From contig WLIV01000003.1 of assembly GCA_009702045.1 (NCBI GenBank), forward strand, positions 67,591-131,590: a stretch of DNA of 64,000 nucleotides, in the 5' to 3' direction. Origin of the DNA: Actinomycetota bacterium. GTDB taxonomy: Bacteria; Actinomycetota; Acidimicrobiia; Acidimicrobiales; Ilumatobacteraceae. Made by a program: the position numbers and the translations under genes. Below are positions 1-9,108 of this stretch, one piece after another. Each line of letters opens with the position of its first letter. Positions within the stretch are counted from its first letter, which is position 1. The notes beneath the pieces were generated by a model that had not been told where the DNA came from, made no database searches, and saw only the letters and a program-made list of their open reading frames with translations.

Positions 1-610
1 TCTGCGCCATCGACACGTCGACGCGCTCACCGACACCGGTGCGTTCGCGCTGGAACAGCGCGGCCAGCACAGCGCTCGCGCATTCGAGCGCGGTGTACAC
101 GTCGGCGTGGCTGTGGCGGTCGTTGCTGTAGTCATCAGTGCCGCGGCCGTCACCCTGTGAGCGGGTGATCCCGGTCTCGGCCTGAACGACGCTTGCGTAG
201 GCGCGCCGCTGTGCCCACGGGCCATCCTGGCCGTAGCCGCTGATCGAGGCGACGATCAGCCGCGGGTTGCGGGCGCGCAGCACGTCGGCGCCGAGGCCCA
301 AGCGGTGCATCACGCCGGGCCGGAAGTTCTCCACCAGCACATCGCACGTGTCGGCGAGCCGTGCCAGCAGGTCGCGTCCCTCGGGCACACCGAGGTCGAG
401 GCTGATGCACCGCTTGCCCGCATTCTGCTGCGCGAAGTAGCTGGCGATGCTGTTGATTCGTGGCGACGTGGCGCGGGTGATGTCGCCTTCCGGTGGCTCC
501 ACCTTGATCACCTCGGCGCCCATGTCGAGCAACATGCGTGTGCAGTGCGGCCCGGCGAGCACACGGGTGAGGTCGAGCACGCGGATGCCGGTGAGCGGGG
601 CTGCGTTCAT
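1..610 (-). CDS. Family III CoA-transferase (CaiB/BaiF-like), N-terminal part only; gene runs off the left edge
   Basis: Not in the ORF track because there is no stop inside the window. Reverse-strand translation from the ATG at 610 gives MNAAPLTGIRVLDLTRVLAGPHCTRMLLDMGAEVIKVEPPEGD..., the typical N-terminal signature of this family. Confidence 0.8.
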   Translation of the reverse strand, partial: MNAAPLTGIRVLDLTRVLAGPHCTRMLLDMGAEVIKVEPPEGDITRATSPRINSIASYFAQQNAGKRCISLDLGVPEGRDLLARLADTCDVLVENFRPGVMHRLGLGADVLRARNPRLIVASISGYGQDGPWAQRRAYASVVQAETGITRSQGDGRGTDDYSNDRHSHADVYTALECASAVLAALFQRERTGVGERVDVSMAQ

Positions 611-659
611 CCGGCTGACGGTACTGCGTGGGCCCGGCCCGGTCACTTAGCCTCGCGGT

Positions 660-3600
660 ATGCACGACGACTCGGTCTTGGTGGAGCGACGCATCCGACG
701 AGAGTTGGGTGAGCGCATCATGCCGGCGATGTACCGGGCACGAGTGCCGATGCAGGTCGAGGCATGGGACGCACCCGGCGAGCCGGTGTCGTACACCGAG
801 GCGATGGCCGGGCTGGCCGCTGATGCGCGGCCGTTCGTGATCGGCGATCGCTGGGGCCGACCGTGGGGCACGACGTGGTTCCGCTTCACGGTCGATGTGC
901 CGGCGGAGTGGGTGGGTGCGTCGGTGGAGGCCGTCATCGATCTCGGCTTCCACCCCGACAGCGCCGGGTTCCAGTCCGAAGGATTGGTGTGGGTGCCCGG
1001 CGAAGATGGCAACGGCGAACCGGTGCAGGGCATCCATCCCCGCCGCACGGCCGTGCCGCTCGAGGTCGCCGCTGGCACGCTGACCCTGGTGGTGGAGGCC
1101 GCCGCCAACCCTGCGTTCCCGATGGTCGGCACGCAGAAGGGGCATCTCGGCTCGCTGGCCACCGCCGGTGACCAGCCGATCTACCACCTGCGCGAGGCGA
1201 CGCTGGCCGTCCGCGACAACGAGGTGTTTCACCTGCTGCTCGATATCGAGGTGCTGCTGGGGGTGATGGCTGCGCTGCCCGCCGCCGAGAAGCGACGCCA
1301 GCGCCTGTTGCGCCAATTGGAAACCGCGTTCAACGCGCTCGACCTGTACAACGTGTCGGGCACGGCTGCACACGCCCGGCGACTGCTCGCTCCGGCCCTG
1401 GCCCAGCCAGCGGTCGCCAGCGCACATCAGGTGGTGGCCGTCGGGCACGCGCACATCGACACCGCCTGGCTGTGGCCGCTCCGAGAGACGGTTCGCAAAT
1501 GCGCCCGCACGTTCGCGTCGGCGACGCAGATGATGGATCTCTATCCCGAGTACCGGTTCGTGTGTTCGCAGGCCGCGCAGTACGACTGGATCGAGCGCCA
1601 GTATCCGGCGCTGTTCGAACGAATCCGCGAGCGCGTGGCGCTGGGGCAGTGGCAGCCCGTGGGCGGTATGTGGGTGGAAGCCGACATGAACCTGCCCAGC
1701 GGCGAGAGCCTTGTACGTCAGTTGGTGTTTGGCCAGCGCTACTTCGAGTCGCGGTTCGGTGCACGCAGCACCGAGGTCTGGATTCCGGATGTGTTCGGCT
1801 ACCCGGCATCGCTACCGCAGATCTTCCGCGCTGGTGGGTGCGAGCGGTTCGTCACCCAGAAGCTCAGCTGGAACAAACAGAACCGCTTCCCGCACAACAC
1901 CTTCCGTTGGCAGGGCCTCGACGGCTCAGAGGTGCTCACCCACTTCCCGCCGGTCGACACCTACAACGCCACGATCGTCGGCGAGGAACTGCTGCACGCC
2001 GAACGCAACTTCAAGGAGCACGGCTGGAGCGAGGTGTCGCTGATGCCGTTCGGCCACGGCAACGGCGGCGGCGGGCCCACGCGCGAGATGATCGAGCGCG
2101 CCCGCCGCTTCGCCGATCTCGACGGCGCACCGCGCGTACGTCAGGGCACTCCCGACGAGTTCTTCACCCAGGTCGAGGCCGAGATCTCTGCCGGGGCACC
2201 CGTGCCGGTGTGGAGCGGCGAGCTGTACTTCGAGATGCACCGCGGCACGCTCACCAGCCAGTCGCGCACCAAGGTCGGCAACCGGCGTTGTGAAGGGTTG
2301 CTGCGCGAGGCCGAACTGTGGTGGGCCACGGCGTGCGGCGAGGTGCCGTTGGAGGTCGACCTCGAGTTGGAGGAGCTATGGAAGGAAGTGTTGCTGCAGC
2401 AGTTCCACGACATCATCCCCGGCTCGTCGATCACCTGGGTCTACGAGGACGCCGAGGCCGCGCACGCACGTGTCGCCGCTCGCCTCGAAGCTCTGATCGC
2501 CGACGCGCTGTCTCGCATTGCTCCATCGACACTGTCGCTGGCGAATGCGGCCGGTGGGGGCGTACGTCGTGAGGTTGTTGCAACTGCAACGGAACCCGCT
2601 GCTGGCGGCCCGACGCAGATCCTCGCTGATGGCTCGCACGCCTTCCTTGCCGAGGTGCCTGCGCTCGGGTTGGCGGCACTGGCGGCTCACCCGATCGACG
2701 ATGTGGTCACCGTCACCGAGCACTCGTTCGCGAACGCATCGCTCGCCGTGAACTGGGATCTCGACGGCACGATCACATCGATCATCGATCTGCGGGCCGC
2801 ACGCGAATTGCTGCCGGTGGGCAAGCAGGTGTCGCTGGAACTGGCACCCGACCACCCGGTGGAGTACGACGCGTGGGACGTCGAGGAATGGACCCGCGGC
2901 CTGGGCGCCGAGGTCGGCGGGGTGCAGTCGGTGGACATCGTCGACGCCGGACCGTTGGTGGCGACGCTGCGTGTGTGTCGGGCGTTCGGCCGCAGCACGA
3001 TCGTGCAGACGATGACGCTGCGTGCGGGGAGCCCGCGCCTGGATCTCAGCTTCGATATCGACTGGCACGAGGACGAGCAGTTGCTGTCGCTGATGGTGCC
3101 GCTCGATGTGCACGCCCGCGAGGCAGCGTGCGAGATCCAGTTCGGTCACGTCATGCGTCCCACGCACGCCAGCACGTCATGGGATGCCGCCAAGTTCGAG
3201 GTGTGTGCACATCGGTATGCCGACCTCAGCGAACCCGGCTTCGGTGTCGCTGTGTTGAACGACGGTCGCTATGGCCACGGTGTGCAGGACGGCGGCATAC
3301 GCGTGTCGTTGCTGCGGGCGGCGAAGTACCCGTCACCCGTGCAGGACCATGGGCGGCACCGCGTCACCCTGGCGATCCTGCCCCACGGTCCGGGTCTGCA
3401 CGAGGTGCTGCGCGAGGCAGAGGCGCTGAACACGCCACTCCGTGTGGTGGGGACCGGCATTGCCGAGTCGGCTCCATTGCCGGTCGTGCGTCTCGACCAC
3501 CCCGGTGTGCAGGTCAGCGCGATCAAGCGCGCGGACGACGGCAGCGGCGACCTGATCGTGCGTGTGTACGAGGCATGCGGTGCACGCACGGCCTGCACTG

Positions 3601-3740
3601 TTGCGCTCGGTGCCGGTCGTGTCTCCGAGGCGGCCACCTGCAACCTGCTGGAGGAGCCGCAGCACGCGTTCGAGGTGGGAGACGGCATCGTTGCCCTCAC
3701 CCTGCGACCCTTCGAACTGATGACCCTGCGCCTCAGCTAG
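660..3740 (+). CDS. Alpha-mannosidase, glycoside hydrolase family 38
   Basis: 1026-aa ORF with HAHIDTAWLWPLRET, GGMWVEADMNLPSGESLVRQ and QKLSWN motifs typical of the GH38 catalytic domain. Confidence 0.9.
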   Translation: MHDDSVLVERRIRRELGERIMPAMYRARVPMQVEAWDAPGEPVSYTEAMAGLAADARPFVIGDRWGRPWGTTWFRFTVDVPAEWVGASVEAVIDLGFHPDSAGFQSEGLVWVPGEDGNGEPVQGIHPRRTAVPLEVAAGTLTLVVEAAANPAFPMVGTQKGHLGSLATAGDQPIYHLREATLAVRDNEVFHLLLDIEVLLGVMAALPAAEKRRQRLLRQLETAFNALDLYNVSGTAAHARRLLAPALAQPAVASAHQVVAVGHAHIDTAWLWPLRETVRKCARTFASATQMMDLYPEYRFVCSQAAQYDWIERQYPALFERIRERVALGQWQPVGGMWVEADMNLPSGESLVRQLVFGQRYFESRFGARSTEVWIPDVFGYPASLPQIFRAGGCERFVTQKLSWNKQNRFPHNTFRWQGLDGSEVLTHFPPVDTYNATIVGEELLHAERNFKEHGWSEVSLMPFGHGNGGGGPTREMIERARRFADLDGAPRVRQGTPDEFFTQVEAEISAGAPVPVWSGELYFEMHRGTLTSQSRTKVGNRRCEGLLREAELWWATACGEVPLEVDLELEELWKEVLLQQFHDIIPGSSITWVYEDAEAAHARVAARLEALIADALSRIAPSTLSLANAAGGGVRREVVATATEPAAGGPTQILADGSHAFLAEVPALGLAALAAHPIDDVVTVTEHSFANASLAVNWDLDGTITSIIDLRAARELLPVGKQVSLELAPDHPVEYDAWDVEEWTRGLGAEVGGVQSVDIVDAGPLVATLRVCRAFGRSTIVQTMTLRAGSPRLDLSFDIDWHEDEQLLSLMVPLDVHAREAACEIQFGHVMRPTHASTSWDAAKFEVCAHRYADLSEPGFGVAVLNDGRYGHGVQDGGIRVSLLRAAKYPSPVQDHGRHRVTLAILPHGPGLHEVLREAEALNTPLRVVGTGIAESAPLPVVRLDHPGVQVSAIKRADDGSGDLIVRVYEACGARTACTVALGAGRVSEAATCNLLEEPQHAFEVGDGIVALTLRPFELMTLRLS

Positions 3741-3755
3741 CACCGCGCAGCCACC

Positions 3756-3802
3756 GCGTTTGAAGCCTCACCCGCACTCCGTGCGGTTTCGGCTTCAAAC
3801 GC
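3756..3802. terminator. Nested hairpin between convergent genes (possible bidirectional terminator)
   Basis: GCGTTTGAAGCC (3756-3767) pairs with GGCTTCAAACGC (3791-3802). There is an inner CCGCAC/GTGCGG hairpin. No strong T-tract. Confidence 0.4.
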
Positions 3803-3806
3803 TGCG

Positions 3807-5045
3807 TCAGGTGGGGGCGCCGGCGAGGTGGCGCAGGGCCATCGCGCTGTAGACGGCGATGCCGTTCTGCATCGCCCCTTCGTCGAACCTCACCCGATTC
3901 GAGTGGTTCGGCGCAGCGTTCGCCGGGTTCTTGTCGTCGGGCGTGCCGCCCAGGAACATCATTGCGCCCGGGATGCGCTGAAGGACGTAGCTGAAGTCTT
4001 CGGCGCCCATCACCGGGTTCGGCAGCGTGACGGCCGCATGGCGCCCGACGATCTCGCCGGCGACATCGAGCGCGAACTCGGCCGAGCCCGGGTGATTCAC
4101 CGTGACGGGGTAGCCGTCGTGGAACTGGATGCTGACCTGCGCGTCGTGTGCAGCACTGACACCCTCGGCCACGCGCCGAATACCGTCGCGCACCTTCGAA
4201 CGGGTGCGTTCACTGATCGCGCGGATGGTGCCCTCGATGACAGCAGTCTCGGGGATCACGTTGTTGGTCGTGCCGGCGCTGATGCGCCCAACGGTGACCA
4301 CAGTGGGGTCGAACACATCGATCGTGCGCGTCACCATCGTCTGCAGTGCCTGCACGATCTCGCACGCGATCGGGATCGGGTCGAGTGCCGAATGCGGCTG
4401 GCTGGCGTGACCACCGCGACCGGTCACGGTGATCAGCATCTGGTCGGAGGATGCCATGATCGGACCCTGGCGGGTGGCGATCCAACCGCTGGGCAGGTTG
4501 GCCGTCATGTGCAGCGCGTACGCGCCGGTGACGGGCGATTCGCTCCCGTCGGACCGCGCCGGAAGCTCGAGCAGTCCTTCGTTCAACATGAACTCGGCGC
4601 CGCCAAACCCTTCTTCGCCGGGCTGGAACATGAACAGCACGCGCCCGGTGATCTCCGCGCGTCGGGCGCTCAGCACCTTGGCCGCACCGACCAGCATCGC
4701 GGTGTGCGTGTCGTGACCGCAGGCGTGCATTGCCCCGTCGATCGCGCTGGTGAAGTCGAGGTCGGTGTCCTCGTGCAGTGGCAGCGCGTCCATGTCGCCG
4801 CGCAGCAGCACCGTGGGGCCAGGTCGCCCGCCATCGAGTAGTGCGGCCAACCCGCTGGTGGTGGAGTGCTGGGTGACGGTGAGTGGCAGCCCTTCCAACG
4901 CTGACAGCACGTGCTCACGCGTGACGGGTAGGTCGTTGCCCAGCTCGGGCCAGCGATGCAGGGCACGACGGAGTGCGATCGTCTCGTCGAGCACTTCGCG
5001 AGCCTCCTCGCGCAAGCTTCCCGTGAGTGCAGGGTCGAGTTCCAT
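3807..5045 (-). CDS. M20D-family amidohydrolase (N-acyl-L-amino acid amidohydrolase / hippurate hydrolase-like)
   Basis: 412-aa ORF with MHACGHDTHTAMLVGAAKVL, FQPGEE and GAEDFSY motifs. Confidence 0.85.
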   Translation of the reverse strand: MELDPALTGSLREEAREVLDETIALRRALHRWPELGNDLPVTREHVLSALEGLPLTVTQHSTTSGLAALLDGGRPGPTVLLRGDMDALPLHEDTDLDFTSAIDGAMHACGHDTHTAMLVGAAKVLSARRAEITGRVLFMFQPGEEGFGGAEFMLNEGLLELPARSDGSESPVTGAYALHMTANLPSGWIATRQGPIMASSDQMLITVTGRGGHASQPHSALDPIPIACEIVQALQTMVTRTIDVFDPTVVTVGRISAGTTNNVIPETAVIEGTIRAISERTRSKVRDGIRRVAEGVSAAHDAQVSIQFHDGYPVTVNHPGSAEFALDVAGEIVGRHAAVTLPNPVMGAEDFSYVLQRIPGAMMFLGGTPDDKNPANAAPNHSNRVRFDEGAMQNGIAVYSAMALRHLAGAPT

Positions 5046-5051
5046 GCGCGC

Positions 5052-5570
5052 ATGCTAGGCATCGTGGAAGTGGAACTCGGGATGGAGCTCGTGGATGTCG
5101 TCGACGACGACGATCATGTGATCGCCACAGTCACCCGGCGCGAGATGCGCGCTGGGCGACTGCAGCACCGTGCGGTCTCGATCGCGGTGCTCGGCAACGA
5201 CGGCCGTCTGCTCGTGCACCGGCGGGCCGACACCAAAGATGTGTGGCCCGGTATGTGGGACATCGCTGCCGGCGGAGTGGTGTGTGCGGGTGAGGACTAC
5301 GACACTGCGGCTCGGCGGGAACTGGCCGAGGAGTTGGGGGTGCGGGCGAGCAATCTGGTGCACCTCGGCGCCGGTCGTTATGTGGACGAGTCGGTGGCGC
5401 TGTGGGGCCGTGGCTACGTCACCATCCACGATGGGCCGTTCACGTTCACCGACGGCGAGATCGCCGAGGTGCGCTGGGTCGACCGTGTGGGTCTTGAGCA
5501 CCTGATCGCGACCGAGCGGTTCGTACCCGACAACCTCGCCCTGTTGCTGCCGCTGCTCGACCTGCCCTGA
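5052..5570 (+). CDS. NUDIX hydrolase
   Basis: Nudix box GVVCAGEDYDTAARRELAEELGV (Gx5Ex7REUxEExGU). Start chosen at the first ATG that does not overlap the convergent M20 gene; 5082 is an alternative. Confidence 0.75.
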   Translation: MLGIVEVELGMELVDVVDDDDHVIATVTRREMRAGRLQHRAVSIAVLGNDGRLLVHRRADTKDVWPGMWDIAAGGVVCAGEDYDTAARRELAEELGVRASNLVHLGAGRYVDESVALWGRGYVTIHDGPFTFTDGEIAEVRWVDRVGLEHLIATERFVPDNLALLLPLLDLP

Positions 5571-5644
5571 CCTCGCCTGCCGGATCGGGCCGGTCGCCGT
5601 ACCCAGTGGGGGCGACACGCTGCACCCGCGGCGTCACGAAGGAG

Positions 5645-5920
5645 ATGGTCATGACCATGTACGGCGCCAACCCGGAACAACTCGCCTCGCTGGGGCGCAC
5701 GTTGCGCCAGCAGATCACCACCATCGAGGGGGTGATGAGCACCGTCTCGTCGATGATGGCCGGCACCACCTGGGTCGGGCCGGCACGCGACCGGTTCGAG
5801 AACGACTGGAACACATCGTTCCGCGCGGCACTCGGGAAACTGAACCAGGCGTTCGACGCCGCGGGTGGCGATTGCATCGCCCGCAGCAACGATCTGATGC
5901 GGGTGATGGGCGTTCGTTAA
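5645..5920 (+). CDS. WXG100-family (ESAT-6-like) small protein
   Basis: About 90 aa with a central W-V-G (TTWVGPARDRF) between two predicted helices. AAGGAG RBS at 5639-5644. The start could be ATG 5645, 5651 or 5657. Confidence 0.7.
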   Translation: MVMTMYGANPEQLASLGRTLRQQITTIEGVMSTVSSMMAGTTWVGPARDRFENDWNTSFRAALGKLNQAFDAAGGDCIARSNDLMRVMGVR

Positions 5921-6083
5921 GTCTGTACGGATCGGCAGCCGGCGAACCCGTGACGGGCGTGCCGGTTTCTGGGCAGGATCCGTCCCACATCGGCTTCTGG
6001 ACAGGATCCGTCCCGGAAACCGGAACGGATCCTTCCCAGAGCGTCGCTCTGAGCGGCTTCGACCTGCGGGTGATGGGCGTCCG

Positions 6084-6782
6084 TTACGCCTGCGGCGCAA
6101 CCGGCGCCTCGGCACCCAGCCGACCGTCGACGATCTCCACCGTGCGATCGGCGTACTGCGTCATGCGCCGGTCGTGAGTGACGATGATGGCGGCGGTGTC
6201 GCGAGCCTTCATCTCGTTGCGAATCAGCTCCATCACCTGGGCGCCGATCTTTGTGTCGAGCGCGGATGTCGGCTCGTCGAACAGCACCAGCTTCGGGTTG
6301 TTGAACAGTGCACGGCCGATGGCCACGCGCTGGCGCTCGCCGCCGCTGAGCTGCGCCGGCATGTTGCGTGAGCGGGCGCCGAGGCCCAACTCGTCGAGCA
6401 GTTCGCGGGCGCGGCCCTTGGCGGTCTTGCCACCCTTGCCTCCGCCGAGCTCGTCGACCACGAGCAAGTTCTCCTCGGCGTTCAAGAACGGCACGAGGTT
6501 GACTGCCTGGAAGACGAAACCGATGTTCTCGCGACGAAACTTGGTGAGCTCCTTCGCGTCGTGCCCGGTGATGTCGATGCCATTGACCGTGACGGTTCCC
6601 TCGGTGGGCGTCAGCAGGCCACCGGCGATCGACAACAGGGTGGTCTTGCCCGAGCCCGACGGCCCGAGCAGGGCGACGATCTCGCCGTGGTCGACCTGCA
6701 GCGTTGCATGGTCGAGCGCGACGATGTCGGCGTCGCCGCTGCGGTACACCTTGCGGACGTCGCGCATGTCGAGCACGGTCAT
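6084..6782 (-). CDS. ABC transporter ATP-binding protein (MacB/LolD-type)
   Basis: Walker A GPSGSGKTT, signature LSGGERQR, Walker B LVLFDEPTSALD. Confidence 0.9.
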   Translation of the reverse strand: MTVLDMRDVRKVYRSGDADIVALDHATLQVDHGEIVALLGPSGSGKTTLLSIAGGLLTPTEGTVTVNGIDITGHDAKELTKFRRENIGFVFQAVNLVPFLNAEENLLVVDELGGGKGGKTAKGRARELLDELGLGARSRNMPAQLSGGERQRVAIGRALFNNPKLVLFDEPTSALDTKIGAQVMELIRNEMKARDTAAIIVTHDRRMTQYADRTVEIVDGRLGAEAPVAPQA

Positions 6783-6798
6783 TGCGGGGTCCCTCCTG

Positions 6799-7911
6799 TC
6801 ATGACACTGATCCGATCGCGGACGCGGGTTCGACCTTGGTGACTCGGCGCAGCGAGATCGCGCTGCCGAGTATGGCGGCCACGAGCAGGCCGATGAACGT
6901 GGAGATGAAGCGACTGGGGATCAGCTGCAACGGCACCTTGGCCGGAAGCGCGGCCGCCGCCGCCATGGCCAGCCCGGAGCCGATGATGAACGAGATGGTC
7001 GCGATGATCAGCGCTTGCAGCAGCACCCCGATGAACAACCGTTTGGTGGTGGCGCCGATGGCCTTCAGGACGCCATAGAGACCGATCCGTTCGAGTGTGA
7101 GCAGGCTGAAGAACAAGCCGACCACTGCCAGCACCACGGCGAGCGTGGTGTAGATGATCTGGTTGAACGTGTCGCGCTGTTGCTTCACGCCAGGGAGTGC
7201 CAGCACGGCCTCGTCGAGGGTCAGCGACTTGGTGGCGCCACTGGACGCGGCATCGATCGCGCCGGCCAATGCTGCGTGGGTGCCAGCACCGCGCACGACG
7301 AGTGCCTGCACGACACCATCGGTGACGGCACTATCGGGGCGGTTCGCGTTCTGCACCATGCGCCAGGTGGACAGGTTGACCCACACCGAACCCTGCAGCA
7401 GATAGCCGGTGTCGTCGACGAACCCGGTGATCGTGATCGGGGTGGCGGCGGGGCCGACGAGGATGGTGTCACCCTTCGACACGCCCTGGTCCTGCAAGCG
7501 GCTGTCGGCCACGCCCTGCCCATCAAGGGCCGTTGCAGGCACTCCCTTGGGCGCCAGCTCGTAACCCGCCACGGCAACATCGGCGAGTTCGGTCTGGCCG
7601 GGTACCTGGGCGCCGAGCAGCACGAACCCGAGGCCACCGACTTCGGTGACGCCCGGAACGGCCTCCACCTGTGTGCGCAGCTCGGGGGTGATGCGGCTGC
7701 GCAGGAACGAGTCGCGCGCGCTGGACGAGAACACGAGCACATCGGCCTGCTGGGAGCGGATGGCGCCGGTGGAGCCGAGGTACAACCCGTCGAGCAGGCC
7801 GCCGAGGAACAGCAGCAGCGTGGAGAGGAAGGCGAGCACGACCGTGGCGACGACGAAGCGGTTGGGCGTGCGACGCAGTTCGCGCAGCGGCAGCCGGGGT
7901 AGCAGGTTCAC
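6799..7911 (-). CDS. ABC transporter permease, FtsX-like
   Basis: N-terminal LRELRRTPNRF plus a TM segment, a large extracytoplasmic domain and a C-terminal 3-TM FtsX module. 4-nt overlap with the upstream permease gene. Confidence 0.85.
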   Translation of the reverse strand: MNLLPRLPLRELRRTPNRFVVATVVLAFLSTLLLFLGGLLDGLYLGSTGAIRSQQADVLVFSSSARDSFLRSRITPELRTQVEAVPGVTEVGGLGFVLLGAQVPGQTELADVAVAGYELAPKGVPATALDGQGVADSRLQDQGVSKGDTILVGPAATPITITGFVDDTGYLLQGSVWVNLSTWRMVQNANRPDSAVTDGVVQALVVRGAGTHAALAGAIDAASSGATKSLTLDEAVLALPGVKQQRDTFNQIIYTTLAVVLAVVGLFFSLLTLERIGLYGVLKAIGATTKRLFIGVLLQALIIATISFIIGSGLAMAAAAALPAKVPLQLIPSRFISTFIGLLVAAILGSAISLRRVTKVEPASAIGSVS

Positions 7912-9026
7912 AGGGTGACCCCCGCTCCGGTGGTGGCCGCGATGGGGTCGATGCGCAAGACGCGACGGATGGCCACCAGCGAGGTTGCCAGCGCCAACGC
8001 CAGCACCACCAACGAGGTCTGCACCGCCGGCATGACCTCTACGTGTACGCCGAGGTTCTTCACACCCTGCAGGGCGCCGGCGTAGAGACCGAAGGCCACC
8101 ACCGACCCGGCCAGCGTGATGACGACCACCTGTACGAGCAGCGAGCGCACGAGGACCTTGGCCGGCGCGCCGATTGCTCGTAGCAGCGTGAGCGCCGAGG
8201 CTTTCTGGAACGTGACGATGAGGAAGAACAGACCCGTGACCAACGGGACCACGAGATAGAACAAGGCGAGGATCACCGCGAAGCTGGACCGCACGCTGCT
8301 GACACCCGGTGATCCATCGATGGCTTGCTGACGTGTCATCGCTTCCACACCAGCGACCGTGGCGTTGATGCGCTCGACGACCTGGTTGGCCGAAGCGCCA
8401 GCGACCACGTGGATCGCGACCGCCGACGGCAGGATGCGCTCCGCGTCGGGGTTGCGGGTGCGCTTGGCCGACTCGTAGGTGGCGAAGTCGACGAACAACA
8501 CCGGCGACACCGAGTAGTTGATATCGCGGGCGATACCGACCACCGTGATCTGCGCACCGTCGGGTTGTACTCGAATGACGTCGCCGAGGCCATAGCCGTC
8601 AGCAGTGTCCTTCTCGCTGGCGACCGCTTGGTCGTCCGCCGTCGGCAACCGACCCGTGATGAGCGTGGTGGGTGCACCGGCTCGACCAAGTTCGTAGCCA
8701 ATAATCACGGTGTCGCGTTCCTGACCGCCGGCCGTGACGGTGAACGTTGCTTCGCCGAGCGGTGCGGCGTCGGCGACACCCTCGACCAGTTGGATTTGCG
8801 CCAGTTGCTCGGGAAGGATGATCGAGCCTTCGAGGTTCTTGCGGGCCTGGTCGTTGTACACCAGCACCTCGCCCGACTGATTTTTCAAGGCACCGATGAA
8901 CTGGTTGACCAGTCCGCTCAGCAGCGTCTGCTGGAACAGGATGAGGAACACCAGCAGCCCGACCGCACCGGTGAGCAGACCAAAGCGAACCTTGGCTCGC
9001 TTCATCTCGTGGAATGCCAAGAACAT
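7908..9026 (-). CDS. ABC transporter permease, FtsX-like (second subunit)
   Basis: Same architecture as 6799-7911. Start moved to the internal Met (MFLAFHEMKRAKVRFGLLTGAV) because the upstream extension crosses a terminator. Confidence 0.8.
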   Translation of the reverse strand: MFLAFHEMKRAKVRFGLLTGAVGLLVFLILFQQTLLSGLVNQFIGALKNQSGEVLVYNDQARKNLEGSIILPEQLAQIQLVEGVADAAPLGEATFTVTAGGQERDTVIIGYELGRAGAPTTLITGRLPTADDQAVASEKDTADGYGLGDVIRVQPDGAQITVVGIARDINYSVSPVLFVDFATYESAKRTRNPDAERILPSAVAIHVVAGASANQVVERINATVAGVEAMTRQQAIDGSPGVSSVRSSFAVILALFYLVVPLVTGLFFLIVTFQKASALTLLRAIGAPAKVLVRSLLVQVVVITLAGSVVAFGLYAGALQGVKNLGVHVEVMPAVQTSLVVLALALATSLVAIRRVLRIDPIAATTGAGVTL

Positions 9027-9053
9027 GCACCGCCCAGTCAATCTGGGTTGGTG

Positions 9054-9089
9054 GAAAAATGACGGTGCCCCGGGCGAACCCGGGGCACC
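9054..9089 (-). terminator. Rho-independent terminator after the sigma/anti-sigma pair
   Basis: On the minus strand: GGTGCCCCGGG, a 4-nt loop, CCCGGGGCACC, then GTCATTTTTCC. Confidence 0.55.
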
Positions 9090-9108
9090 GTGACAGGAGT
9101 TGTGTTGC

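Noticed and set aside
150-1454. 434-aa minus-strand ORF spanning the CoA-transferase/mannosidase boundary
   Set aside because: It has extreme Arg/Pro/Gly/His composition. It is out of frame with, or antisense to, two genes that carry clear family motifs. This is a typical high-GC alternative-frame artefact.
5872-6177. 101-aa plus-strand ORF across the WXG100/ABC intergenic repeats
   Set aside because: It is composed of repeat sequence and antisense ABC ATPase sequence. It has no RBS and its frame merely reflects the duplicated 27-mer.
5052-9026. Type VII secretion locus around the WXG100 gene
   Set aside because: The neighbouring ATPase and permeases are MacB/FtsX-type ABC components, not EccC/EssC FtsK-like ATPases or Ecc membrane proteins.
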